A stretch of 64,000 nucleotides of DNA from Candidatus Poriferihabitaceae bacterium (GTDB lineage Bacteria > Pseudomonadota > Gammaproteobacteria > Arenicellales > Poriferihabitantaceae): contig OZ243919.1 in NCBI GenBank assembly GCA_965213885.1, positions 2,763,039-2,827,038 on the forward strand, written 5' to 3'. The notes beneath the pieces are model-generated. The model saw nothing but the letters and a program-made list of their open reading frames with translations, was not told the DNA's origin and made no database searches. Below are positions 25,298 through 35,700 of this stretch, in pieces; the first letter of the stretch is position 1, and every line of letters starts with the position of its first letter. The position numbers were made by a program, and so were the translations under genes.

Positions 25298-26056
25298 TCA
25301 ATGAGATACATCGACGTCGCGCCAATACTCCCTTTTCATCAGGTAGGCCAGCGCGCCGAACACGAACAGGAACAGCATCACCCACATACCGTATTTCACC
25401 CGTACCAGTCGTGCCGGCTCCCCCATGTAGATGAGGAAGTTTGTCAAGTCCCGCATCGCATGGTCGAATTCCTCCGGGCTCATGCTGCCCTCGGTTTCCT
25501 GCCTGAAATGCTCGAATACCGGATTTCCATGCGCGTCATCGCCGAAAACCGCCCGCTGCCGGCCCTGCCAATGGGCCAGCACGTGGGGCATGGCGACGTT
25601 GTCGAACACGACGTTGTTCCACCCGCTGAAGGTGGTTTCGTCAACGTAGAAACCCTTGAGGTAGTTGTAGAGCCAGTCGGCACCACGCAGCCGGCCCACC
25701 AGCGACAGGTCCGGCGGCGCCACGCCGCCAAACCACTCCGCCGCCTTTTCCGGAGGCATGACCGAGGTCATGGGATCCCCGATCTTGGTATCGGAAAAGA
25801 TCATCTCCCGCAATACCAGGTCCTCCGGGATGTCGAGGTCCTTCGCCATGCGCTCATAGCGCATGAAGTTGGCGCTGTGGCAGGACAGGCAGTAGTTGAC
25901 GAAGATCCCGGCGCCGTTCTGCAGGGACCGGGTGTCCTGCAGCCGCACCTCCATGGGCTCCAGCTCGATGCCGGCTTCGCCGGCAGCCAGGGCCGTAACC
26001 GGCGCGAGAGCGAGCAGGCCGAAGCAGGCGAGATTCTTCATGGTCTTCATCTTCAT
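25298..26056 (-). CDS. petC: Cytochrome c1
   Basis: Signal peptide, NYCLSCH (CxxCH), PPDLSL, MPHVL, C-terminal TM and KREYWRDV. Confidence 0.95.
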   Translation of the reverse strand: MKMKTMKNLACFGLLALAPVTALAAGEAGIELEPMEVRLQDTRSLQNGAGIFVNYCLSCHSANFMRYERMAKDLDIPEDLVLREMIFSDTKIGDPMTSVMPPEKAAEWFGGVAPPDLSLVGRLRGADWLYNYLKGFYVDETTFSGWNNVVFDNVAMPHVLAHWQGRQRAVFGDDAHGNPVFEHFRQETEGSMSPEEFDHAMRDLTNFLIYMGEPARLVRVKYGMWVMLFLFVFGALAYLMKREYWRDVDVSH

Positions 26057-27465
26057 CCGGTGACCCTCTCCGGTACGGGCTTGACCTCGTCCGCCTTGAT
26101 CCAGCCCGGCCTGAGACCGAAGAAAAACAGGATCAGGGCGCTGAGGATGGTGTAGAGCCACTTCATGCCCATCCCGAGGTCCGGTGTTTCCGCCCAGCAC
26201 AGGTACAGGGCCCCAACGGTGAGCAGGACGCTGATCACGAACAGCGCCAGCCCGCTCTTGCCGACGTTGTCGCCGGTGCCGGAGTAGCACGGCATCAGGA
26301 AGAAATAGAGGAAGTAGACCACCGTGAGAAACTGCGACATGGCGGTGTATTCCACCGAGGGTGGCTTGGTGCCCAGCCAGCCGAGCACCAGGAAGGTGAC
26401 GGCGAAAATCCCGAGGAACGCCTTGGTGGAGAGGCCCCGGTAGCGCACGGACTTCACCGGGCTGCGGTCCAGCCAGGGCAGCAGGAAGAACACCACGATG
26501 GCGGCGCCCATGGCGAGCACGCCCCAGACCTGGGTCCCGGCGAAACTCGGCACCGCCCGCAGGATCGCGTAGTACGGCGTGAAATACCACACCGGCGCAA
26601 TGTGTTCCGGGGTCTTGAGCGGGTTCGCCGGCTCGAAGTTCGGCGGCTCGATGAAGTAGCCGCCCATTTCCGGCAGGAAGAACACCACGCCGAAGAAGAA
26701 GATCAGGAACACCACCATGACGAGGGTGTCCTTGACCGTGTAGTACGGGTGGAACGGGATACCGTCGGCGGGCGCGTCCTTGCTCCAGCGGTTTCCCTTG
26801 GGCCCTTTCTTGATCTCAACCCCATCGGGGTTGTTGGAACCGGTCTCGTGCAGGGCGATGATGTGCAGCGCCACCAGCCCCACGATAATGAACGGGATCA
26901 GGTAGTGGAACGCATAGAACCGGTTCAGCGTGATGTCGGAGATGACGTAGTCTCCCCGGATCCATTCGGACAATGTCGGCCCCACGATGGGCAGGGTCTC
27001 GAACAGGTTCACGATCACCTGGGCGCCCCAGTAGGACATCTGGCCCCACGGCAGAAGATACCCGAAGAAGGCGGTGGCCATCATCGAGACATAGATGATC
27101 ATGCCGAAGATCCAGATCAGCTCCCGCGGGTTCCTGTAGGAGCCGTAGAGGAGCCCGCGGAACATGTGCAGGTAGATCACGATGAAGAAGAAGGAGGCGC
27201 CCGTCGAATGCATGTAGCGTACGAACCAGCCGCCCCAGACATCGCGCATGATGTATTCCACCGAGGCGAAGGCCAGTTCGGCATCGGGCTTGTAGTTCAT
27301 CGCCAGCAGCACCCCGGTGACAATCTGCAGGGCCAGGACCAGCATTGCCAGGCTGCCGAAGTAGTACCAGAAATTGAAGTTTTTCGGTGCGAAATACTCG
27401 GTCAGGTGCTCCCGGACCATCCGGTCCATGGGGAAGCGCTTGTTCAGCCATTCGTTGAAGCTCAT
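26053..27465 (-). CDS. petB: Cytochrome b of the bc1 complex (470 aa, with an extra C-terminal hydrophobic extension)
   Basis: NFWYYFGSL, RYMHSTGASFFF, LHMFRG, PWGQMSYWGAQVI, ALHIIALH, PVWYFTPYYAILR. Confidence 0.96.
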   Translation of the reverse strand: MSFNEWLNKRFPMDRMVREHLTEYFAPKNFNFWYYFGSLAMLVLALQIVTGVLLAMNYKPDAELAFASVEYIMRDVWGGWFVRYMHSTGASFFFIVIYLHMFRGLLYGSYRNPRELIWIFGMIIYVSMMATAFFGYLLPWGQMSYWGAQVIVNLFETLPIVGPTLSEWIRGDYVISDITLNRFYAFHYLIPFIIVGLVALHIIALHETGSNNPDGVEIKKGPKGNRWSKDAPADGIPFHPYYTVKDTLVMVVFLIFFFGVVFFLPEMGGYFIEPPNFEPANPLKTPEHIAPVWYFTPYYAILRAVPSFAGTQVWGVLAMGAAIVVFFLLPWLDRSPVKSVRYRGLSTKAFLGIFAVTFLVLGWLGTKPPSVEYTAMSQFLTVVYFLYFFLMPCYSGTGDNVGKSGLALFVISVLLTVGALYLCWAETPDLGMGMKWLYTILSALILFFFGLRPGWIKADEVKPVPERVTG

Positions 27466-28043
27466 CAGGCGGCCTCCTCGTCGGATCCGATCAGGATTTC
27501 GGTATCGCTGAGATACCTGTGCGGGGGCACCACGAGGTTCTTCGGTGCCGGCACGTTCTTGTAGACCCGGCCCGCCAGGTCGAAGCGGGAGCCGTGACAG
27601 GCGCACAGGAAGGGGCCGTCGGCGTCGGCGGCCAGTTCCGGCCGGTACTTGGGCGAGCAGCCGAGGTGGGTGCAGATGCCCACCAGGACCAGGATGTCAT
27701 TCTTGATGGAGCGGTAGGGGTTCCTGGCATACGCCGGCTGTTGGGTCATGCTGGAATCAGGATCCACGAGCAGGTCGTCCATGCCGACCAGGAAATCCAG
27801 CGCCTCCGGGCTGCGGCGGATGATCCAGACCGGCTTGCCCCGCCATTCGACGGTGAGCTGCTGGCCCATCTCCAGGCTGGCGATGTCCACCTTCACCGGG
27901 GCTCCGGCGGCCTTGGCTCTCTCGCTGGGCACCAGGCTGCCGGCGAACGGCACCGCCAGACCCACGGACCCGGCAATTCCCATGCCGGTTGTGGCGACGG
28001 TAAGCAGACGCCGCCGCCTGTGGTCTACATGATCGTCAGTCAC
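27465..28043 (-). CDS. petA: Ubiquinol-cytochrome c reductase Rieske subunit
   Basis: Tat-like RRRRLL, EWRGKPVWI, CTHLGC and CACHGS; C-terminal part of track ORF 27465..29204, GTG start at 28043. Confidence 0.95.
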   Translation of the reverse strand: MTDDHVDHRRRRLLTVATTGMGIAGSVGLAVPFAGSLVPSERAKAAGAPVKVDIASLEMGQQLTVEWRGKPVWIIRRSPEALDFLVGMDDLLVDPDSSMTQQPAYARNPYRSIKNDILVLVGICTHLGCSPKYRPELAADADGPFLCACHGSRFDLAGRVYKNVPAPKNLVVPPHRYLSDTEILIGSDEEAA

Positions 28044-28170
28044 GATTTGTCTCAAGCCTCGAAATTGAAATGCAATCCACGGGAGCCGCGGACCGGCACC
28101 CGGCCACCCCCGGGATGTGTTGTTGCCAACCGCCGCACCGATTCGGCTGCCGACGGCCGGAAAACGGCGG

Positions 28171-28179
28171 ATTATATCA
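28171..28179 (-). promoter_or_regulatory. Candidate extended -10 promoter for petABC
   Basis: TGA-TATAAT on the minus strand, about 130 nt upstream of petA; no well-spaced -35. Confidence 0.4.
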
Positions 28180-28340
28180 AAATTCAGGTACCGCAAGTTT
28201 CCAAAAGAGCCCTCCGGCGCACGGCCGCGGACGGTGCCACCAGCCCAGGCGGCGGATTTCCCGTGATGCGCCGTCCACGCCCTTTGCAAAGGCTCGATCT
28301 TGTGGTTTGATCGCTGCCTTCTCCAATCCCGATCCCGAAC

Positions 28341-29153
28341 ATGAACATTGAGAACAAGGTGGCTGTAGTGACCGGCGCGGCCAGCGGAATCGGCAGGGCC
28401 GTGGCCCGACGTCTGGCGCAGGGAGGGGCCCGCGCCGTCGGCATGGCGGACCTCAACGACGATGTGGCCGCGGCTGCGGCCGAAGTCAACTCGGAACTCG
28501 GCCGGGAGGTCGCCGTGGCCTGCCGGGGGGATGTCACCAGCAGCGCGTTCCGCACCCAGGTCTTCCGGCAGATGTCCGGGCACGGGACCGTCCGCATCTG
28601 CGTCCCCGCGGCGGGAATCCTGAAAGACGCCTTGGCGGTGAAGATCAGCCGTGAAACCGGTGAGCCGGAACTCTACAGCGAGGACCTGTTCCGCAAGGTG
28701 CTGGACATCAATCTGGTCCACCCGGTGTACTGGAGCATGGAAATGCTGGCGGATGTCGCCCGGGAGCGCGCCACCGGGGGGCTTGGCAAATGGACCTCCG
28801 ACGAGGAGTTCCAGGGCGCTGCGATCCTCATCGGCTCCGTGTCCTGCCGCGGCAACCGCGGCCAGGTGTCCTATTCCAGCGCCAAGGCGGGGCTGAACGC
28901 CGCCGCCAAGACCCTCAACATCGAGGGTGCCCACTACGGCGTCCAGGCCAAGGTTCTCCATCCGGGGTTCGTCTCCACCCCCATGGTGGACCAGCTTCCG
29001 GACGGGATGTTCGAGGATCACCTGCGGAAATTGATTCCCATTGATCGTAAAATCGACCCTGCGGAAATCGCCGAGGCCGTGGTGGCCCTCATCGAGAACC
29101 CCATCCTGTCGGGACCGATCTGGGCGGACGGCGGATTTCCCCCGATGGCCTGA
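28341..29153 (+). CDS. Short-chain dehydrogenase/reductase (SDR)
   Basis: VTGAASGIG, catalytic YSSAK, GSVS, HPGFVSTPM. Confidence 0.9.
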   Translation: MNIENKVAVVTGAASGIGRAVARRLAQGGARAVGMADLNDDVAAAAAEVNSELGREVAVACRGDVTSSAFRTQVFRQMSGHGTVRICVPAAGILKDALAVKISRETGEPELYSEDLFRKVLDINLVHPVYWSMEMLADVARERATGGLGKWTSDEEFQGAAILIGSVSCRGNRGQVSYSSAKAGLNAAAKTLNIEGAHYGVQAKVLHPGFVSTPMVDQLPDGMFEDHLRKLIPIDRKIDPAEIAEAVVALIENPILSGPIWADGGFPPMA

Positions 29154-29194
29154 GAACGGCCCGTCTCCAAACCGACCGCAACGCCGCAACCAGC

Positions 29195-29500
29195 ATGACA
29201 GCAAGAGTGCTCAACCTGACGGAACTGCAGCAGTCGCTGAACGACCTGAACCGGGACGCCGCCGGGGAATGGGTCCTGGTGGACAATCGCCTGTCACGCA
29301 GTTTCAGGTTTCCGGATTTCGTCTCCGCGTTCGGGTTCATGACCCGGGTCGCCATGCACGCGGAGAAGCTGAACCACCATCCCGACTGGTCCAATGTCTA
29401 CAGCACCGTCAACGTCAGCCTGACCACCCACGAGGCCGGTGGAATCACCGCCACCGACTTCGCGCTGGCGCGGAAGATGGAGCGTCTCGCGGCGGAGTGA
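29195..29500 (+). CDS. phhB: Pterin-4-alpha-carbinolamine dehydratase
   Basis: F.DFVSAFGFM, AEKLNHHPDW.NVY, LTTHEAGGIT..DF.LA. Confidence 0.92.
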   Translation: MTARVLNLTELQQSLNDLNRDAAGEWVLVDNRLSRSFRFPDFVSAFGFMTRVAMHAEKLNHHPDWSNVYSTVNVSLTTHEAGGITATDFALARKMERLAAE

Positions 29501-30003
29501 TGGACGATCACCGCAAGCATCCCCTGCCGCTTGAGCTTGACCACTGGTACGGCGTCACCGGTCTGCGCTACCACCAGTTTCTCGAGGCCCTGACCGCGCT
29601 CGACCTGGTCTCGGCGCGGCGACATCTGGACTTCTTCTCGCGTTTGCTGCTCGGCACCCTGAAGGCCAGCGAATGGGCGTTCGCCGAAGCCTGCCCCGAC
29701 CCGCGGGACGACGAGGACAACGAGCTTGTGCAGGTCGATTTCATGATCCTGCGCCGCAGCCTCCAGAGGCTCGACGATGCCCTCGACGAGCTCGACCAGA
29801 CAGCGCAGGAACAGGGGCCGCTGCGCGGCGCCATGGTGGATCAGCTGGACACCTTCGTCCGAGTCGCCAACATTTTCGCCAGGCACCATGACCGGGTCAG
29901 GGCGACCCTGCTGCCATGCCTGGATGCGCAGCTGAACCGGGAACGGAGCCGGGTGATGGCCAAGAAGCTCAGCGCCAACATGCAGCGCGCCCAGCCCAAC
30001 TGA
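29500..30003 (+). CDS. Hypothetical helical protein, possibly a degenerate hemerythrin-like four-helix bundle
   Basis: C-terminal part of track ORF 29041..30003; ATG overlaps the phhB stop (TGATG); helical pattern with ARHHDRVRATLLPCLD. Confidence 0.6.
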   Translation: MDDHRKHPLPLELDHWYGVTGLRYHQFLEALTALDLVSARRHLDFFSRLLLGTLKASEWAFAEACPDPRDDEDNELVQVDFMILRRSLQRLDDALDELDQTAQEQGPLRGAMVDQLDTFVRVANIFARHHDRVRATLLPCLDAQLNRERSRVMAKKLSANMQRAQPN

Positions 30004-30011
30004 GACCGGCC

Positions 30012-32705
30012 TTGGTCCCCGCCGTCAGGGAGTGCATCGGCCAGGGAGGGACGGTGGTCACCGCGACCCGGCGCCTGTCCCGGGAGCTCGGGCACCAGCA
30101 TGACCGTGCCATGGTCGAATCCGGCCATGGTGCCTGGGAAAGCCCGGACATCCTGCCCTGGGGGGCCTGGATCCGGCGCTGCTGGGATCTCGGGCCCGGG
30201 TGCCGGGCTGGCACCCCGACGGTACTCACCGACAGCCAGCTGGTCCTCGTCTGGCAGGACATCATCCGGGACGACGTCGCGCGCCACCACGACAGCGATT
30301 CCCCCCTGTGGAACATCGAGGCCACCGCCCGGGTCGCCGCCGGGACCCTGAGGCTGATGCGGGAATGGGGCATCGAGGGCGCCGGCCTGCCGGCATCCCG
30401 GCATCCCGACCATGCCGGATTCCGGCGCTGGCTCAAGGCCTACGACAGGATCTGCGCCGAAAGGGGCTGGATTGACGGGCACGCGCTGGCGGACCGTCTT
30501 GCCGACGGGGACCTGACGGCGCCCGGACGGCCCCTGGTGATGACGGGATTCGACACCCTGACGGCGCAGCAGCAGCGGCTTGTGGAGCGGCTGGCCGGGA
30601 GGGGCGCCACGGTGGCGGTCGTGCCGCTCCGGCTGGGAGAGTTCCGGGATGTGCCCTGCCATGTCACCTCCACTCCGGAGGACCAGTGGCGGGCGGCGGC
30701 GGCCTGGGCCCTGCGCTGCCTGGAGGAGGGCCCCGACACCCGGGCGGCCATCGTGGTGCCGGATCTCGGCTCCAGCCGCGAGGGCCTGGTCGCCGCCCTG
30801 ATGGACACCCTCGCGCCGGGACAGGTGACCCATCCCGGAGAAAGTCGCGACCTGCCCTTCCATGTCTCTCTCGGGGATTCCCTGGCATCCCACCCGGTCG
30901 CCCTCAGCCTCATGTCCCTCCTTGGAATTCTCTCGAGCAGGCACATCAACCTCGAACAGTCGGAATCCCTGCTGCTGTCGCCATGGATCGCGGGTCATCA
31001 CGGGGAGCTGACGGCGCGCGCCCGCGCGGCCCTCGCGCTCAGGGAGCGGCTGCCCTGGGAACACACGGTCCACGACCTGTCCGGGGCGCTCGGAGCGCTC
31101 GACTGCCCGTCCCTCGGCGGACTGCTCGAACTGGCGCTTGCGCGCAGGGACGCCCTGCCCGCACGGGCGCCGCTGGCGTACTGGTCTGCCGCCATGACCG
31201 ACCTTGCCGACGCGCTCGGCTGGCCGGGGGACGGGGAGGCGCTGAACAGCGACCAGTTCCAGGCCTGCAAGTCCGTCCGTGAGCAGGTTCTCCGGCTCGG
31301 GTCGCTCGAACTGGTTGCCGCGAACACCGGCTTTCCCCGCGCGGTGGGCCTGCTCGGCCAGCTGCTGGAAAGCCGGACATTCCAGCCGGAGGAGGGCGGG
31401 GCAAGGGTCCAGGTGCTGGACATCCGGGAAGCCTCGGGGCTCGAATTCGACCACGTCTGGTTCGCCGACCTGGTCGAGGACCGGTGGCCTCCGCCGGAAG
31501 TTCCGGACCCCTTTCTCCCGATTCCGGTGCAGCGGGAAGCCGGCTGCCCCGGGACGGACCCCGAACTCGCCGGGCAAAGAGCGGCCATCGCGCACGGCCG
31601 CCTTGCCGGGTCAGCCGCGAACCTGGTGCAGAGCCGGCCCCAAAGGGAGGGCGAAGCCCCGCTCATCGCCAGTCCCCTGGTCGCGGACTGTCCGCGACCG
31701 GAACAGGCGCCCGCGACCGCCCCGACGCTTTTCAGCAGGCTCGGCAACCCGGCCCCACGGACCGAGGCCGTCCGCGATGATCAGGGGCCGCCCCATGCCG
31801 GAGGACCCTCGCCGGGCGGCACCGGGCTGATCCAGCGACAGTCCGTCTGTCCAAGAAGCGCGTTCCTGCGAGATCGGCTTGGGGCCAGGGACCATGTCTT
31901 CAACCGGCCCGGCCTTGACCCGGCACGCCGGGGATCCCTGGTTCACCGTACGCTCTATCGGGTCTGGGACCGGCTGGAACACTCCCGGACCCTGGCCGAA
32001 ATGGATGACAGCGCCCTGGAACACCTGATCCTGGAGTGCATCGACCAGGCATCCGGGCGCTACCGGACCACGAGCGGCTGTGGAGCCGGATTCTTCCACG
32101 CCCAGAGGGAGTGGCTGCTTGAAACGCTCCGCGAATGGCTCGACCTCGAGCGGCGGCGGACCCGGGCGTTCACGGTCATCGGCCGTGAGCAGCCGGTCAC
32201 CCTGCTGCTCGACGGACTCGAACTCACATTCCGGGTCGACCGCATCGACCGCCTCGAGGACGGCTCCCTGGCCCTGATCGACTACAAGACCGGTACCGGA
32301 CAGTCCGTGGATGACTGGTTCCACGACCGGCCGCTGGAGCCCCAGCTTCCCCTGTACGCCCTGTCCCAGACCTGCCGGGGCCATGCTGTCGGCGTCGTCT
32401 CCTATGCGCGCGTCCGGCTGGGCGAATGTGCCCTTGCCGGCTTCCTGGACCCCGCCCTGCTCGGCGGGGAGGAAAAGCTCGGCGACCATCCCGGCCTGAA
32501 GGTGTCACCGTTCCCGGGCTCGTGCACAGACGGGGACTTTGCACACTGGAACCGGACCCTGGGTTCCCTGGCCCGGGAATACCTGCAGGGCGACACCCGG
32601 ATCAACCCGCGAAACGGCGGCGTATGCCCGAGCTGCCCGACCCCGGCGTTCTGCCGGATGCCCGGGCACCTGACGGCTGGTGGGAGGGGGGACGGGGATG
32701 ACTGA
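30012..32705 (+). CDS. AddB/RexB-like PD-(D/E)XK nuclease subunit
   Basis: Degenerate helicase scaffold; RVDRIDRLEDGSLALIDYKTG, QLPLY; four Cys (VCPR..CPSC....C) as in the AddB Fe-S staple. Start (TTG 30012) is uncertain. Confidence 0.85.
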   Translation: MVPAVRECIGQGGTVVTATRRLSRELGHQHDRAMVESGHGAWESPDILPWGAWIRRCWDLGPGCRAGTPTVLTDSQLVLVWQDIIRDDVARHHDSDSPLWNIEATARVAAGTLRLMREWGIEGAGLPASRHPDHAGFRRWLKAYDRICAERGWIDGHALADRLADGDLTAPGRPLVMTGFDTLTAQQQRLVERLAGRGATVAVVPLRLGEFRDVPCHVTSTPEDQWRAAAAWALRCLEEGPDTRAAIVVPDLGSSREGLVAALMDTLAPGQVTHPGESRDLPFHVSLGDSLASHPVALSLMSLLGILSSRHINLEQSESLLLSPWIAGHHGELTARARAALALRERLPWEHTVHDLSGALGALDCPSLGGLLELALARRDALPARAPLAYWSAAMTDLADALGWPGDGEALNSDQFQACKSVREQVLRLGSLELVAANTGFPRAVGLLGQLLESRTFQPEEGGARVQVLDIREASGLEFDHVWFADLVEDRWPPPEVPDPFLPIPVQREAGCPGTDPELAGQRAAIAHGRLAGSAANLVQSRPQREGEAPLIASPLVADCPRPEQAPATAPTLFSRLGNPAPRTEAVRDDQGPPHAGGPSPGGTGLIQRQSVCPRSAFLRDRLGARDHVFNRPGLDPARRGSLVHRTLYRVWDRLEHSRTLAEMDDSALEHLILECIDQASGRYRTTSGCGAGFFHAQREWLLETLREWLDLERRRTRAFTVIGREQPVTLLLDGLELTFRVDRIDRLEDGSLALIDYKTGTGQSVDDWFHDRPLEPQLPLYALSQTCRGHAVGVVSYARVRLGECALAGFLDPALLGGEEKLGDHPGLKVSPFPGSCTDGDFAHWNRTLGSLAREYLQGDTRINPRNGGVCPSCPTPAFCRMPGHLTAGGRGDGDD

Positions 32706-35700
32706 CCCCGTCGACTGGCAGGCGCGCAGGCAGGCGCTGGATCCCGGCGGCTCGTTCATCGTCCAGGCACCGGCGGGTTCGGGCAAGACGGGACTCCTGG
32801 TCAGGCGGTTCCTCGGGCTCCTGACCACGGTCGAGGCGCCGGAGCAGATACTGGCCATCACCTTCACCCGCAAGGCCACGGCGGAGATGCGCCAGCGTAT
32901 CGTGAACGCCCTGGCGGGGCTGGACGCGGAGGGCAACCCGGAGACGGACACCGGCATCCTCGGGCTGGCCCGAGCCGCCCGGGAGCAGGACCGCCTGCAG
33001 GGATGGAACCTGGTGCAGAATCCACGCCGGCTCAGGGTGCAGACCATCGACAGTTTCTGCTACGAACTGGTGAGGCGGATGCCGTGGTCGGCCCGTTTCG
33101 GCACCGTGCCGCCGCCCCTCGAGGACGCCTCCCGTCTCTATCTTGAGGCCGCGGGTACGACGCTGAACCTGGTCGAGGAGAAGAGCCGGCCCGCCCTGGC
33201 AGGGGCATGCGCGGAGGTGCTCGGCCTGGTCAATGCCAACCGCGGCCATGCCCAGACACTGCTGGCGGACATGCTGGCCGGCCGGGACCGCTGGATGCAG
33301 GTCCTCGGGAACCACTCCCGCAGGCGATTCGAGGACTGGTGGCAGGAGACCATTCGCACCACCCTGGAAGAGTGCGACGCGTTTCTCGACGGATCCTGGC
33401 GCGATGAACTGGCAGCACTGGCCGGCAAAGCCGCGTCCCGGGTGCTCGACCCGTCCGGTAACGCCCCGGCGGAGACCCGGGACCGACTGGCGGGATGGGT
33501 TGACGCCCGCGACTTCCCCGCGCCCGACCCCCGGGAGGTGGGCCGCTGGCGGGGACTGTCGCACCTGCTGCTTACCAGGGACGGTGCGGCCCGCCGCCAG
33601 GTGACCAGGAATCTGGGGTTTCCGCCCGACGACCCGACCGCGAAACGGCGCCTGCTGGAACTGCTGGACTCGCTGGCGGAATCCCCCGGCCATCTGCGCG
33701 CCTGGAACCGGGTTGCGCTCCTGCCGGATCCGGAGATCAGCGACAGCGAGTGGCGGAGCACGGAAGCGCTGCTGGCACTGCTGCCGGCGGCGGCAGCGCA
33801 TCTCAGGGTGCTGTTCACCGAACTCCATCACGCCGATTTCACCGAGATCGCCCAGCGGGCCGACCTGGCCCTCGGCGCCGGCGACGATCCCAGCGACCTG
33901 ACCCTGGCCCTGGACTACCAGTTGCGTCACGTCCTGATGGACGAATTCCAGGACACCTCCAGCGGCCAGGTCGAACTGCTGGGTAAATTGCTGGGTGGAT
34001 GGGTGCCCGGCGACGGACGCACCCTGTTCCTCGTCGGAGATCCGATGCAGTCCATCTATCGCTTCCGGGAAGCGGAGGTCGGCATCTTCCTGGATGTCCA
34101 GGACCGGGGCATCCGGGACATTCTGCCGGATACCCTGACCCTGGAATCCAATTTCCGTTCCACGCCGGACCTGGTGGAGTGGTTCAACCGGACATTCCCC
34201 CACGTGATGCCCGCGCAGCGGAATATCATCCACGGTGCGGTGAACTACACCCCGGCCAGCGCCTTCCGTCCGCCGGATCCCGGATCAGGCGTCCACATCC
34301 ATGCCGCCATCGGCCGCACCTACGAGACCGAGGCCGAGGAAATCGCAGGCCTGATCGAAGACACGCTGGAGCACCATCCCGAAGAGGAGATCGCCGTACT
34401 CGGCCGGTCACGGAGCCATTTGTCCCATATCATGCATGCCCTCAACGCGCGCAGCATCCCGTTCCAGGGGATCAGGCTGGAGCATCTGGCGGAACGCCAG
34501 GCCGTGCAGGACATGATGGCACTGACCCTGGCACTGGTGCAGCCCGCGGACCAGGTGGCCTGGCTCGGCCTGCTGCGCGCACCATGGGGCGGCGCACTGC
34601 TTGGAGACCTCGTTCAACTGGTCGGTACGCCGGACAGAACGCCGGTGTTCGAGGCGCTGCGGGATGAAACCCGGCTTGCCGGGCTGCCGCCCGACACCCG
34701 CTCGCGCCTGAAACGCGTCAGGGAGGTACTGTCCGACGGCCTGCTGCGTCATCACCGGCTGCCGCTCCACCGCAACCTGGAGGCATGCTGGCTCCGCCTG
34801 GGCGGGCCAGCGGTGGTGGAACCCGCGGATCTCGACAACTGCAGACGGTTCATTGGCCTCGTCCGCGACCTGGAGGCGGAAGGCATTGCCATCCACGGCG
34901 AATCGCTGGCCGCGGCCATGGAGAGCCTGTATGCGGAGAACAACACTGACAGGCCGGTGAAACTGATGACCATTCACGGTGCCAAGGGCCTTGAGTTCCA
35001 CACCGTGATCCTTCCCGGGCTCGAGCGCACCAGCCGGCCCGACAGCGGCGAACTGATCCGCTGGAAACGTTTCCCGGACCGCCTGCTGATCGCCCCGAAG
35101 CCGCGCAGCAACGAGAGCGGCCACTTCTACCACTACCTGGGAGAGCTCGAGAAGGAGCACAGGTCCCATGAGCGCGGCCGCCTGCTCTACGTGGCCTGCA
35201 CCCGGGCGCAGCGACGGCTGCACCTGTTCGCCAGCGCTCGGGCGGATGCGCAGACCGGTGCCCCCAGGCCGCCGGCGAGGACATCCCTGCTCTACCAGCT
35301 CTGGCCCGCAGTGAAGGACGAATTCGAGGCGGCAGCCGACGCTCGGACCGATCACGGGAACGACGGCAGGGACAGGACCGGCCCTCCTCAGCCGGTTCTG
35401 CACCGGATCGACCCGACGTGGCAGCTGCCCGAACTGCCTGCCTCGGTGGATCCCGGCAAGGGGACCCTGGAGACTGTGCAAGACGGTGGAATCATCGAGT
35501 TCGACTGGGCCCGGGAAACCACGCGAATCGCCGGGATCGTCATCCACCAGGCCCTGCGGCAGGTCGACCGGGACGGCTGGGAAGCCTGGAGGGGCCGTTC
35601 ATTCGGTCCGGATGACCGTGAAGCCTGGTGCCGGCAGTTGCTGGACAGGGGGCTGCCCGCGAGTGGGGTGGCCGAGGCCGTGGAACTGATCACGGACGCC

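Noticed and set aside
28290-28320. FNR-like box between petA and the SDR gene (CGATC...GATCG)
   Set aside because: Does not fit TTGAT-N4-ATCAA in sequence or spacing.
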